Shown piece after piece: positions 7,529-16,463 of a stretch of DNA of 32,000 nt. Numbering within the stretch: the first letter of the stretch is position 1; the number at the start of each line of letters is the position of its first letter. The notes under the pieces were generated by a model, which made no database searches, was not told the DNA's origin, and was given only the letters and a program-made list of their open reading frames with translations. The DNA comes from Candidatus Saccharimonadota bacterium (GTDB lineage Bacteria; Patescibacteriota; Gracilibacteria; UBA4473). The stretch covers positions 540,001 through 572,000 of the forward strand of contig JAUIFI010000001.1 in NCBI GenBank assembly GCA_030429505.1. The letters are read 5' to 3'. Position numbers and translations under genes: made by a program.

Positions 7529-10034
7529 CCGCCTTCACCTTCCCCTGCACCGTCCCTTCCAAAATCTGCAACGCCAGAGGATTCAAAAGCTCTCGCTCCA
7601 AAACCCTACGCAACGGTCTCGCTCCAAAAACCGGATCATAGCCCTCCTTCGTCAGCCACTCTTTGGCTTTTTCAGATAATTCCAAAGTAATCCCCTGCTC
7701 CGCTAAACGCTTCGCAATATCAGACAACTGTAACTCTAAAATTGCTCGCATCTGATTCTCTTTCAAAGACTCAAACCCTATCATATCATCTAAACGATTC
7801 AGAAGCTCCGGGCGAAAGAAACGAGATAGCTCTTTTCGTAACGTTTTATCATCCGGTACTTTTCCATCCGCAAATAAATCCGTCGCCAGATTTGACGTCA
7901 AAATCACAATCGTATTTTTGAAATTCACCTTTCGTCCCTTACTATCGGTCAAATGCCCTTCATCCAAAATTTGCAAAAAGAGATTAAACACATCCGGATG
8001 AGCCTTTTCCACCTCATCAAAGAGCAACACACAGTACGGACGCCGACGAACCTTATCCGTCAACTGTCCCCCTTCGTCATGACCGATATACCCCGGAGGA
8101 GCACCGATCAACTTTGCCACCGAATGAGATTCCATATATTCAGACATATCAAATCGCAAGAGAGCTTCTCGAGAATCAAAAAGCGTCAACGCCAAAGTCT
8201 TCGCCAACTCTGTCTTTCCCACCCCCGTCGGACCTAAGAATAAAAACGAACCAATTGGACGATCCATTGAAGACAAGCCCGCCCTCGAACGACGAATCGC
8301 ATTCGAAACAGACACAATCGCTCGCTCCTGCCCGATCACATGTTTATGAAGTTCTTGTTCCAATTTTGCCAACTTTTCAGACTCTTTCTCTGTCAACCTT
8401 TGGGCGGGAATTCCTGTCCAGCGAGCAATGATTTCCGCGATATCAGTTTCGGTGATTTCTTCGCGAAGAAGTGAATTTTTTCCAGTCGCCTTTTCCTGCA
8501 AATTTTTCAGCTTCTTTTGTAACTCCGGAATCTGACCATGCTCTATCTCCGCCAATTTTGCATAATCAGAATCTCTACGCGCATGATCCGCTTCGAGTCT
8601 CAAGTGATCAATCTGCTCCTTGAGAGAAGTAATATCTTCCACAGCCGATTTTTCTAACTGCCATTGAGCCTCCAAATTTTTCAACTGATCCTTTATTTCT
8701 GCAATTTGTTTTTCAATCTCACTCAAACGTTCTTTTTTCGTGCCCTCCTTTTTCAATGCCGCTCGCTCGATTTCCAAAGTCAAAAGTTGTTTCTTGAGAT
8801 CAGCAATACTCTCCGGTTCAGACTCGATCTCAAGCTTCAATTTACTCATAGACTCATCAATCAGATCGATAGCTTTGTCGGGTAATTTTCGATCAGGAAG
8901 ATAACGAATCGATAAATCCACCGCCGCAATCAAGGCATCATCCTTAATCCGAACCCCATGATGAAGTTCATATTTTTCCTTAATTCCCCGCAAGATCGCC
9001 AGAGCTTCCTCAAACGTCGGCTCTTCCACCGAAACCGGTTGAAAACGACGTTCCAACGCTGGATCTTTCTCGATATACTTACGATATTCACCCAAAGTCG
9101 TAGCTCCGACACAGTGTAAAGTTCCACGAGCAAGTGCAGGTTTCAGCAAATTCCCTGCATCCATAGAACCTTCCGCCGCACCAGCTCCGACAATCGTATG
9201 CAATTCGTCGATAAAAAGAATAATACGTCCTTCAGCCTTTTCGATGGCTTTAAGAACATTTTTCAACCGATCCTCAAACTCTCCCCGATACTTCGCTCCA
9301 GCCACAAGTGCCGCCATATCCAGCATCAAAACCCGCTTGTTTTTGAGCGACTCAGGCACTTCTTTTTTATAAATCTGAAACGCCAGACCTTCGGCGATCG
9401 CCGTCTTCCCCACCCCAGGATCTCCAACCAATACGGGATTATTCTTCGTACGACGAGACAAAATCTGGATCGTACGACGAATCTCTTCATCACGACCGAT
9501 AATCGGATCAATCTTCCCTTTCTCCGCCAGTTCAGTAAAGTCTACACAATATTTATCCAAAGCCTCCAACTTCTCATGTCCATCGGGAGAATCTATTTTT
9601 TCTCCTCCTCGCAAAACTTCTACCGCCTCTTGAACACTTTTTTTATTCAAGCCTAAGGACTCCAAATCAGACTTCGCTGTCGAGCTACCTTCGAAAATTG
9701 CCACCAGTAAATGCTCAATGGACAAATATTCATCCCCCATTTTTTTCTGCACTTTTTCGGCATTCACGATCATTTGTGAGAAATCACGACTGGGATTTCG
9801 CTGTCCTCCCTCAATCTTCGGAAAATTCGACACTTTCTCTCGGAAATGAGACTGAATTGTCGTAGGCAACAGACCTACCTTTTGAAAAATCTTATGAGCA
9901 AACGAATCTTTATCCGCCAAAAGTCCAAGCAAAAAATGATCAATCTCGATATTCACCGCCCGACACTCCTCCGCAACTTTTTGCGTTTCAGCAATCGCAT
10001 GACTCGCCGCCGTGGTCCATTTATCGAAGTTCAT
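7497..10034 (-). CDS. clpB: ATP-dependent chaperone/disaggregase ClpB
   Basis: The protein has a Clp N-domain and two AAA+ modules with Walker A motifs [10 protein letters not shown] and [11 protein letters not shown] long coiled-coil middle domain separates them, which distinguishes ClpB from ClpA/ClpC-short forms. Length is 845 aa. Confidence 0.97.
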   Translation of the reverse strand: MNFDKWTTAASHAIAETQKVAEECRAVNIEIDHFLLGLLADKDSFAHKIFQKVGLLPTTIQSHFREKVSNFPKIEGGQRNPSRDFSQMIVNAEKVQKKMGDEYLSIEHLLVAIFEGSSTAKSDLESLGLNKKSVQEAVEVLRGGEKIDSPDGHEKLEALDKYCVDFTELAEKGKIDPIIGRDEEIRRTIQILSRRTKNNPVLVGDPGVGKTAIAEGLAFQIYKKEVPESLKNKRVLMLDMAALVAGAKYRGEFEDRLKNVLKAIEKAEGRIILFIDELHTIVGAGAAEGSMDAGNLLKPALARGTLHCVGATTLGEYRKYIEKDPALERRFQPVSVEEPTFEEALAILRGIKEKYELHHGVRIKDDALIAAVDLSIRYLPDRKLPDKAIDLIDESMSKLKLEIESEPESIADLKKQLLTLEIERAALKKEGTKKERLSEIEKQIAEIKDQLKNLEAQWQLEKSAVEDITSLKEQIDHLRLEADHARRDSDYAKLAEIEHGQIPELQKKLKNLQEKATGKNSLLREEITETDIAEIIARWTGIPAQRLTEKESEKLAKLEQELHKHVIGQERAIVSVSNAIRRSRAGLSSMDRPIGSFLFLGPTGVGKTELAKTLALTLFDSREALLRFDMSEYMESHSVAKLIGAPPGYIGHDEGGQLTDKVRRRPYCVLLFDEVEKAHPDVFNLFLQILDEGHLTDSKGRKVNFKNTIVILTSNLATDLFADGKVPDDKTLRKELSRFFRPELLNRLDDMIGFESLKENQMRAILELQLSDIAKRLAEQGITLELSEKAKEWLTKEGYDPVFGARPLRRVLERELLNPLALQILEGTVQGKVKADVEKNQLVFI

Positions 10035-10049
10035 GAAATAATAGATAAA

Positions 10050-10076
10050 TTAGCAGTCTGGATTATAGACTGCTAA
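10050..10076 (-). promoter_or_regulatory. CIRCE-like inverted repeat (putative HrcA operator): TTAGCAGTC-N9-GACTGCTAA
   Basis: This is a perfect 9-bp inverted repeat with a 9-nt spacer. It differs from the CIRCE consensus TTAGCACTC-N9-GAGTGCTAA by one symmetric substitution per arm. It lies 16-42 nt upstream of the clpB ATG. Confidence 0.6.
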
Positions 10077-10089
10077 CAAAAAAAAGCAA
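10062..10089 (-). promoter_or_regulatory. Candidate clpB promoter (-35 TTGCTT, 16-nt spacer, -10 TATAAT)
   Basis: The minus strand reads TTGCTT (10089-10084) and a perfect TATAAT (10067-10062). The -10 hexamer lies inside the spacer of the CIRCE-like repeat. Confidence 0.5.
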
Positions 10090-10092
10090 GGA

Positions 10093-10128
10093 AAAAACGC
10101 CGCCTTCAAAGAAGAAAAACGACGTTTT
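10093..10128 (-). terminator. Candidate Rho-independent terminator after the small membrane-protein ORF
   Basis: The minus-strand RNA reads AAAACGUCG...CGGCGUUUU, a stem with one G-U pair, followed by a U-rich run. It abuts the stop codon at 10127-10129. Confidence 0.45.
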
Positions 10129-10309
10129 AATCCGGAACTTGGGTTTTCTTACTCCACAACATCCAAATGATTACTCCAATCACAAGAACAAAAAAACTCC
10201 ATGGCCAATAAGCCCAAACAAGCATCCCAAAAAAGAGAATCCAAATCATGACTAGCCCAAATATTTGCCCACGATGAACATTATTTTTTTGCGCCATCAA
10301 TAGCTCCAT
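10127..10309 (-). CDS. Hypothetical small two-helix membrane protein
   Basis: I trimmed the ORF track entry 10127..10468 to the ATG at 10309 (MELLMAQ; another ATG is at 10297), because the longer form overlaps the upstream gene. There are two hydrophobic helices: IFGLVMIWILFFGMLVWAYW and FFVLVIGVIIWMLW. Confidence 0.45.
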   Translation of the reverse strand: MELLMAQKNNVHRGQIFGLVMIWILFFGMLVWAYWPWSFFVLVIGVIIWMLWSKKTQVPD

Positions 10310-10427
10310 ATATAAGAAGTGAAAAAAGACAATTCCGGAAAGAGCCGTTCTCAAAAACAATTTTTTTTTAGCAAAAAAAAGTCTAACAAGAGAACTTAAT
10401 TTTACATTAAAAATGAGGCAATATTTG

Positions 10428-11336
10428 TCAAGATTTCCAAGTAATATTCTCCATCCTTTCAGGAGCATGTTGAGATTTTTTTATTCGTAAAGCATAAAGT
10501 GAAGGTTTATCTTCTGATGAATGTCTATAAACAATCATGTCATTCACTATCCTTCGATCTTTCATTACATCCTGAAATTGTTCTAAAAACATCTGGTACC
10601 GTTCAAGCTCCATATTTAACTTAGGCATTTGCGTATATATTTCTCCTCCACGAGCCAATAAGCCATAAGATCTTTGAAGAAGTTTAAAGAAGACATACAA
10701 ATATTCTTGCGGATGACTATAAGCAAAGCTCTGTTGCTTTGATTGATCATAAGTAAGATTATCAAGGTCAAAAGGATGGCGAGGTCTGCATGTAATAATA
10801 TCAAAACCAGATATCCCATATTGATTCATATAGTCCCGTATCTTCTCCCAATCTGAAAAATCAAAAATATTACCTTCTATAACATGTTCAATTTGCTGAA
10901 GCACTTTGGGTATAGATTCTGCTATTGCATCAATCGGCTCTTGAGAGAAATGATAATGATTCCTCGGATCAACTAACTCAAATCCAACTCTTTGTACTGA
11001 TTCTCCTTTCTCAAATCCGGAAACTCCAGGACCCATCAAATCCAAGAAATAAACAGGTTCTTTTTTTCCTGATTCCAACTTCCTTTCTTTTTTCCTTTGA
11101 AGTTTATTTTCTACCAGATCAGAAAAAGTTACCTTCGTATCCTTTTTCTCCCCCAAAGCCTTCAAAAGAAGTTTTCGAAAATAGTGATCATAAGACCCTA
11201 AATCAGCAGCAGGTCTTCCATAAGTTTGCCAGTGAGCATCTCCCTCAGACAAAATTTTCTTATCCTCTCGAGTAACTTTCTTCCCTCGAGCAATTTCATT
11301 GTTTAAGATTTCACGAAGTTCTGAAAATTTTTCCAT
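10428..11336 (-). CDS. Hypothetical protein (302 aa), possibly a divergent Rossmann-fold methyltransferase
   Basis: The ORF is clean with an ATG start. Weak resemblance to class I SAM-MTase motifs is present: VYFLDLMGPGVSGF (motif I-like), GFELVD (acidic end of beta2) and FDIITCRP (motif IV-like). The function is not established. Confidence 0.7.
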   Translation of the reverse strand: MEKFSELREILNNEIARGKKVTREDKKILSEGDAHWQTYGRPAADLGSYDHYFRKLLLKALGEKKDTKVTFSDLVENKLQRKKERKLESGKKEPVYFLDLMGPGVSGFEKGESVQRVGFELVDPRNHYHFSQEPIDAIAESIPKVLQQIEHVIEGNIFDFSDWEKIRDYMNQYGISGFDIITCRPRHPFDLDNLTYDQSKQQSFAYSHPQEYLYVFFKLLQRSYGLLARGGEIYTQMPKLNMELERYQMFLEQFQDVMKDRRIVNDMIVYRHSSEDKPSLYALRIKKSQHAPERMENITWKS

Positions 11337-11609
11337 CCCACAAGAGAAACTATAAACTCATCCCTAAAAAACAAATAGTAAATAAAAAAGGAAAAAAGAA
11401 AAAAAACGAGTATATAGAGACATCATTGTCATGAAAAATGAAATATAAGTGAAAAAAGTATCAAAAAAGCATCGAAAAAATTATAAAAAAAGACTAGTCA
11501 AAGCATGTTCCGTAAGCAAACGGGATCCAAGATTTCCCCATTTCAAAAACGGACCATAAAGTCAGAGCTCTTTAGCAAATCGCCGTAAAACATTTCACAG
11601 GAGTCTATT

Positions 11610-12164
11610 ATGACCAGAAATGCTATCAATGAAGTAATAGTCTTCATCGGATTAGAAAAAATCATCAATTATTTATTGCCTCAAACAGGCAATACATTAT
11701 GTAAGTCACGAAAATCTGGTATAGCCTACAAAAAAATTCCCATAAATTATCAAAATAAAAAACACATCCTCGATGCTTTTCATTTAGTAACAGAAGGAAT
11801 TCTAACCACTCCAACACTTTATGTAGTTGTAATAACACCAGACGCTCCCACGATTTTATTGGAAAAAACCAATCACTTAGCCGAATACATCAGTAATGCA
11901 GATAAGGAATTTCCACAAGGAAAATTCATCCTTGTCTCTGAAGAAGATGTCCCCATATTCCTACCGATATCAGAAACAAACACCATAAAGAAAGCACAAA
12001 ACACATCTCCCGAAGACAAGGAAAAAGAATACAGAAGCCTCTTATTTCGCGGAATAAAATCATATGCCCTAGAAATGTCTTTAGCAAATCCACCCCAAGG
12101 AACCTGGTGTCGAAAAATCAACAAAATATCTCAATCAATACGGTATATATTCGGTTTTTCATAA
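11610..12164 (+). CDS. Hypothetical protein (184 aa)
   Basis: The ATG is preceded by AGGAG (11599-11603) with a 6-nt spacer, and a strong terminator follows at 12190-12228. I recognise no motif. Confidence 0.6.
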   Translation: MTRNAINEVIVFIGLEKIINYLLPQTGNTLCKSRKSGIAYKKIPINYQNKKHILDAFHLVTEGILTTPTLYVVVITPDAPTILLEKTNHLAEYISNADKEFPQGKFILVSEEDVPIFLPISETNTIKKAQNTSPEDKEKEYRSLLFRGIKSYALEMSLANPPQGTWCRKINKISQSIRYIFGFS

Positions 12165-12189
12165 TGACTCACATCTCCCCTCATACCCT

Positions 12190-12228
12190 AGCTCTCTTCC
12201 AAAAAACTTCGGAGGAGAGCTTTTTTTT
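12190..12228 (+). terminator. Rho-independent terminator
   Basis: An 11-bp stem (AGCTCTCTTCC / GGAGGAGAGCT, one G-U pair) with a 10-nt loop is followed by T8. Confidence 0.8.
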
Positions 12229-12276
12229 CAAATAGATTTGACAACAAATGAAAAATAAAAACAATGAGATCTGAAA

Positions 12277-12299
12277 GATGATTGATTCTCTCAATCATC
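12277..12299 (+). promoter_or_regulatory. Perfect 9-bp hairpin in the nusA leader (GATGATTGA-ttctc-TCAATCATC)
   Basis: This perfect inverted repeat lies 58 nt upstream of the nusA ATG and is followed by GGTCTTTTGGG. It could be a leader attenuator or an operator; the function is unproven. Confidence 0.35.
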
Positions 12300-12356
12300 G
12301 GTCTTTTGGGAGAGTTTTTTAATGTATATCTTCTACTTTCCCACATATCATTCCCC

Positions 12357-13649
12357 ATGCAAAGTCGACTCCAAGCCGCCATTAATCAACTCTGTGCCGA
12401 AAAGAATCTTGATGCTGATACCGTCATAGAAGCCATAGAAAACGCCATTGCCATTGCTTATAAAAAAGATTTTGGCACCCCCAACCAAAAAATAAAAGTT
12501 CACCTCGGAGATGACATCGCCGAAATGAAAATTTTTGAAATACGAGAAGTCGTAAAAAAAGTCGAAGATCATGAACTCGATATCAGTGAAAAAGACGCAA
12601 AAAAAATTCGCCCAGATGCCCAAATAGGAGAAACTGTTTTTGTCAACGTACCCCCTCATGAACAATTTGGACGTATCGCTGCTCAGACTGCAAAACATGT
12701 AATGAACCAGAAACTGCAGGAAGCTGAAAGAGAAATGCTTTTCAAGAAATTCAAAGATCGAGAAGGTCAACTCCTCAACGCTCAAGTCCAAAAAGTCGAT
12801 CGAGATGCAGTGCTTTTGGAAATAGATAGTGTGACTACCATGCTGTTCAATAGAGATCAAATCCCAAATGAAAAATACTTCACCGGACAACGTCTGAAAG
12901 TCTACCTCGATAAAGTAGAACTCACTCCCAGAGGCCCTCAACTCCGTATTACTCGCACGAATCACAACTTTATTAGAGCACTCTTTGAGCAAGAAATTCC
13001 AGAAATGAGAGAGGGGTTTGTCTATGTTGCAAAAATGGCTCGTGAGGCAGGAGTACGATGCAAAATAGCCGTAGCATCAGAAGATTCTTCTATCGATCCC
13101 GTAGGAGCATTCGTCGGACAAAGAGGTTCGCGAATCAATACCGTCATGGAAGAAGTCGGAGACGAAAGACTCGATATTATCCAGTACTACGAAGATCCGA
13201 AAAAAATGCTTATCGCCGCCCTCGCACCAGCCAAAGTCGCCAAAGTAGAATTCTTTCAAGGAGATAAAGGCGAAGATCGGGTAAAAATCTACGTTCGTGA
13301 AGAAGAGCGAGCCGTTACCATCGGTCGAGGAGGACAAAACGTCAGATTAGCCGGAAATCTTATCGATATGCAAGTAGATGTCATTACTTTTGACGGTCCA
13401 CTTGAAGAAGATGAATCCGCAGCTCCTGAAGTCGCCAAAGAAAAGGTCAAAAAAGAAGTATCAGAAAAAGTGACCATCAATGAACTGGAAGGAGTTGATG
13501 AAGAAGTGATAACTACGCTCACCGAACTCGGACTTTCACAAATCAAGCAATTTGAGGGCCTCAAGGCAGAAGAACTTGCCGAAATCGGCATCACAATCGA
13601 ACAAGCCGAATCAGTTCTCAAGGCGGTTGGGAAATACTTGAAAAAGTAA
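12357..13649 (+). CDS. nusA: Transcription termination/antitermination factor NusA
   Basis: The typical NusA N-terminus is present (LQAAINQLCAEKNLDADTVIEAIENAIAIAYKK), followed by S1-like and two KH-like regions (GSRINTVMEEVGDERLDII; IGRGGQNVRLAGNL) and a C-terminal HhH-like tail. The start was moved from 12282 to the ATG at 12357, because the 25-aa hydrophobic extension is not NusA-like. Confidence 0.93.
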   Translation: MQSRLQAAINQLCAEKNLDADTVIEAIENAIAIAYKKDFGTPNQKIKVHLGDDIAEMKIFEIREVVKKVEDHELDISEKDAKKIRPDAQIGETVFVNVPPHEQFGRIAAQTAKHVMNQKLQEAEREMLFKKFKDREGQLLNAQVQKVDRDAVLLEIDSVTTMLFNRDQIPNEKYFTGQRLKVYLDKVELTPRGPQLRITRTNHNFIRALFEQEIPEMREGFVYVAKMAREAGVRCKIAVASEDSSIDPVGAFVGQRGSRINTVMEEVGDERLDIIQYYEDPKKMLIAALAPAKVAKVEFFQGDKGEDRVKIYVREEERAVTIGRGGQNVRLAGNLIDMQVDVITFDGPLEEDESAAPEVAKEKVKKEVSEKVTINELEGVDEEVITTLTELGLSQIKQFEGLKAEELAEIGITIEQAESVLKAVGKYLKK

Positions 13650-13655
13650 AAAATA

Positions 13656-13685
13656 ACCGCTGTATAAAACAAGCGGCTATTTTTA
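13656..13685. terminator. Candidate bidirectional terminator between convergent nusA and the FG-GAP gene
   Basis: The stem CCGCTGT / ACA(A)GCGG (7 bp with one bulge) has a 5-nt loop and is followed by CTATTTTT on the plus strand. Confidence 0.5.
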
Positions 13686-13707
13686 GTGTGCCTGTTTTCA
13701 GTTATGA

Positions 13708-15456
13708 CTACGGTAACACCGGAGCACACATACCAGATTTACTACCAAAGTTTACCGTAGCACTATTTTTAAGTCTGCATTTACTCTGACTCGGAGCATC
13801 CCACGTGAAATTGTTGGTAACCGTAACCGTCACATTATGAGCTAGTTTGGTAATATCTCCTGCATCAATCGTCAAATCATCAGCTGTAACTGTGGAGCCA
13901 TTTCCCACAAAAGCATCTCCCTCTTCCGATAAAATACATGCCTCCGTCGCATCAATCGTATAATGATTACTATCGGCAACTCCCTTACGACCATCCAAAC
14001 TCACAAAATCCCCCACTAAATCAACACCATTCGCTACCGTAATCACCCCAGGAGACTCAATATCAAGTACCTCCCGAGACAAATTCGACATAATGCGCAA
14101 ATGTTTGTAATTGGCTCCGCCATCGCGACCAAAGTCAGTCGAAACATACGTATCTAAATCCTGCAGACTAAAAACTTTAAAGACCCCAGACACTCCAGCC
14201 TGCGTATCATAATCTGAACGAATCTGGCACGAAGAAGTACTTGCTGAAACCAAAGCCGGTAAATCAAATACATACGCCGATCCTCGACTCTCTTCGTGAG
14301 TCTTGGATCCAATCACAACCCTATCTGATGATAAAGTTACCCATTCACCAAATCTATCATTTTCTCCTCCATCATTCATAAACAAACGATACTCTTCACT
14401 CCAAGTCCCTTCAGAACGAACAAAGACATAAGCTGATCCAGAATTCGTTCCATTATCATCATCCAGCATTTCTCCGACCACCAAACGATCTCCCTCAATG
14501 TCAACTGATTGCCCAAATCGATCCTCACCGGTACCACTTACTGAAAACAATCGCGCTTGTTGAACCCAACTCCCCCCAGAACGATCAAAGACATACACAG
14601 ACCCTTCATTGTTATCATAATGAGATCCTACTGCCAACGAATCTCCATCAATACTTACTGAGAAACCAAATTCATCCAGAGCTGAAGCATCACTAGCAGT
14701 CAATTTAGCCTCCTGACTCCAACTCCCTCCAGAATACACAAAGACATATACCGATCCAGCGTTGTTAGCATCTCCAATAGCACTAGCCACAAACCGATCT
14801 CCATCTATCGCTACTTTTTCTCCAAACTGGTGAGCTATCACCGAGTCAGGTACCGTTAATTTTTGTGATTGGCTCCAAGTCGTCCCAGAACGATCAAAGA
14901 CATATACTGATCCAGAATCAATCTGATTATCATCATCAAATTTAGCCCCCACTACAGCACGATCCTCTTGCACCGCTACACCGACTCCAAACTTATCATT
15001 CGTCGCACCATCAGAAGCGGTTAACTTTGCTTGCTCAGACCAAGTCATCCCCGAACGCACAAAGACGTAAGCTGAACCCCGACCACCATCATCACCTTCT
15101 GCCCCAATGACCACTGTATCACCATCGATACTTACCGAAAAGCCAAAATGATCATTTTCTGCACCATCAGAAGCTATCAGTTTTGCCTGTTGACTCCAAC
15201 TCCCCCCAGAGTGAACAAAGACATAAACAGAACCCGATTCAAGTCCATTATCGTCATCAAACGGAGTTCCTACCACCACCGTATCACCATCTGCATCAAC
15301 AGAACTCGCAAAAAAATCCTGGACCGCTCGATCAGCAGCTTCCAAAACATTATCCTCAACTCGCGACGAAGCATGAGAAATTAAAGGCAATATTAAAACA
15401 GCAAAAAATAAAACCCAAACAAAACGAACACGATACCGATGTTTTCCAGAAAACAT
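13708..15456 (-). CDS. Secreted seven-blade FG-GAP-like beta-propeller protein with a C-terminal beta-rich domain
   Basis: A signal peptide is present (MFSGKHRYRVRFVWVLFFAVLILPLISHASS). Seven tandem repeats of about 51-55 aa follow the pattern D-x-FG-x-SV-x-IDGD-x-VVIG-x(6-10)-GS-(A/V)-YVF-x-RSG-x-W-x(3)-KL (nt 14260-15318). The C-terminal roughly 180 aa are unassigned. Confidence 0.85.
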   Translation of the reverse strand: MFSGKHRYRVRFVWVLFFAVLILPLISHASSRVEDNVLEAADRAVQDFFASSVDADGDTVVVGTPFDDDNGLESGSVYVFVHSGGSWSQQAKLIASDGAENDHFGFSVSIDGDTVVIGAEGDDGGRGSAYVFVRSGMTWSEQAKLTASDGATNDKFGVGVAVQEDRAVVGAKFDDDNQIDSGSVYVFDRSGTTWSQSQKLTVPDSVIAHQFGEKVAIDGDRFVASAIGDANNAGSVYVFVYSGGSWSQEAKLTASDASALDEFGFSVSIDGDSLAVGSHYDNNEGSVYVFDRSGGSWVQQARLFSVSGTGEDRFGQSVDIEGDRLVVGEMLDDDNGTNSGSAYVFVRSEGTWSEEYRLFMNDGGENDRFGEWVTLSSDRVVIGSKTHEESRGSAYVFDLPALVSASTSSCQIRSDYDTQAGVSGVFKVFSLQDLDTYVSTDFGRDGGANYKHLRIMSNLSREVLDIESPGVITVANGVDLVGDFVSLDGRKGVADSNHYTIDATEACILSEEGDAFVGNGSTVTADDLTIDAGDITKLAHNVTVTVTNNFTWDAPSQSKCRLKNSATVNFGSKSGMCAPVLP

Positions 15457-15565
15457 GTGTAAAAAAATAAAAAAGTACCTTTAGTCTATGGACCAAACCA
15501 ACATCAAGAAACTATAAAATTTAATGTAAAATTAACGTCATCCATTCACAAAAGCACGCTCGAAA

Positions 15566-16459
15566 CTATTCAGAATCAATGACCATTACTTCATCAACTT
15601 TCTGATCATGGTTTTCAATAGGAAGAATTTCCACATACGAAAACTTCGGAATGACAGCTATCTTATAAGCAGATACGTTTAACAAAAAACGATCATAAAA
15701 TCCTCCCCCTTTCCCCAAGCGATTTAATTGATAATCAATCGCCACCGCCGGAACAAACATCACATCCTCTTTCTTTGGTAAAACCTCATCAGCCTCCAGG
15801 GGCTCCAAAATACCATATTTTCCTAAAATTAAATCGTTCCAGGAAGCTCTGTAAAAATTCATTTCAGCACCTTCAATTTTAGGAAAAAAACATACTTTAT
15901 CAGGAAACTGTTTACACAAATTTTCCACAAAACCAATTTCATTATTCATTGGTGCATACAAAAAGATATTTTTAGCATGAAGAAAATTTCTATTTTGAAC
16001 AATTTTTTTGATCGAATGAGGAATCATTTTCTCTCTCTGTTTATCATTCAAATCATCCCATTTTAAAAAAACACTCTCCCTCAAAAAATATTTCCGCGCT
16101 TGAACGATATCTGACTCAATCTGGAAAAATAAATGATGAACATCGCTAAATTTTCTCACTTCACGCAATTTCTTCAAAACTTCTACCTCCAATTCCTGGT
16201 TATAGAGATCATCAGAAAAATCCAAAACATGAACCTCCACCGAAAACTCATCATCAAAAGTCTTCTTTCGACCAAAATGCATAACCCCCTTCATCCAAAA
16301 AAACTGATCTTGAGACTGCACTCTCACGCGAGTCACATATACCCCTTCATCTATATTGTTTCCTCCTTCAAACAAATCCAAATTAGCCGTCGACACTCCA
16401 AATCTGCTTCCAATCCCCTCACCCCTTACAACTCTACCAGACAAAAAACATTTATCCAT
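15566..16459 (-). CDS. Fusion protein: riboflavin kinase (N-terminal) + 5-formyltetrahydrofolate cyclo-ligase (C-terminal)
   Basis: Residues 1-126 match the RibF C-terminal flavokinase domain (GRVVRGEGIGSRFGVSTANL...EVHVLDFSDDLYNQELEVEVLKKLREVRKFSDVHHLFFQIESDIVQARKYF). Residues about 127-297 match MTHFS (YAPMNNEI...GILEP...VPAVAIDYQLNRLGKGGGFYDRFL). It is a single uninterrupted ORF with no FMN adenylyltransferase domain. Confidence 0.85.
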   Translation of the reverse strand: MDKCFLSGRVVRGEGIGSRFGVSTANLDLFEGGNNIDEGVYVTRVRVQSQDQFFWMKGVMHFGRKKTFDDEFSVEVHVLDFSDDLYNQELEVEVLKKLREVRKFSDVHHLFFQIESDIVQARKYFLRESVFLKWDDLNDKQREKMIPHSIKKIVQNRNFLHAKNIFLYAPMNNEIGFVENLCKQFPDKVCFFPKIEGAEMNFYRASWNDLILGKYGILEPLEADEVLPKKEDVMFVPAVAIDYQLNRLGKGGGFYDRFLLNVSAYKIAVIPKFSYVEILPIENHDQKVDEVMVIDSE

Positions 16460-16463
16460 TATA

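Noticed and set aside
9198-9656. A 152-aa ORF antisense to clpB. Similar long antisense ORFs are 6001-6450 in prfA, 12348-12992 in nusA, 13289-13729 at the nusA 3' end, 29605-29976 in ftsA and 20999-21451 in the T9SS-CTD gene.
   Set aside because: Each lies fully inside a gene with unmistakable homology on the opposite strand. Their translations are low-complexity (F/S/L/R-rich) and carry no motifs. Purine-rich coding strands naturally leave long stop-free antisense frames.
12282-12356. N-terminal extensions offered by the ORF track: nusA from 12282, nrdA from the GTG at 23911, ftsA from the GTG at 30518, the exonuclease from the TTG at 31813, pilin paralog 2 from the TTG at 2446 and the membrane ORF from 10468.
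   Set aside because: In each case an internal ATG gives an N-terminus matching the family consensus (or the paralog). The extension is hydrophobic or low-complexity, uses a rare start codon, or overlaps a neighbouring gene or regulatory site.
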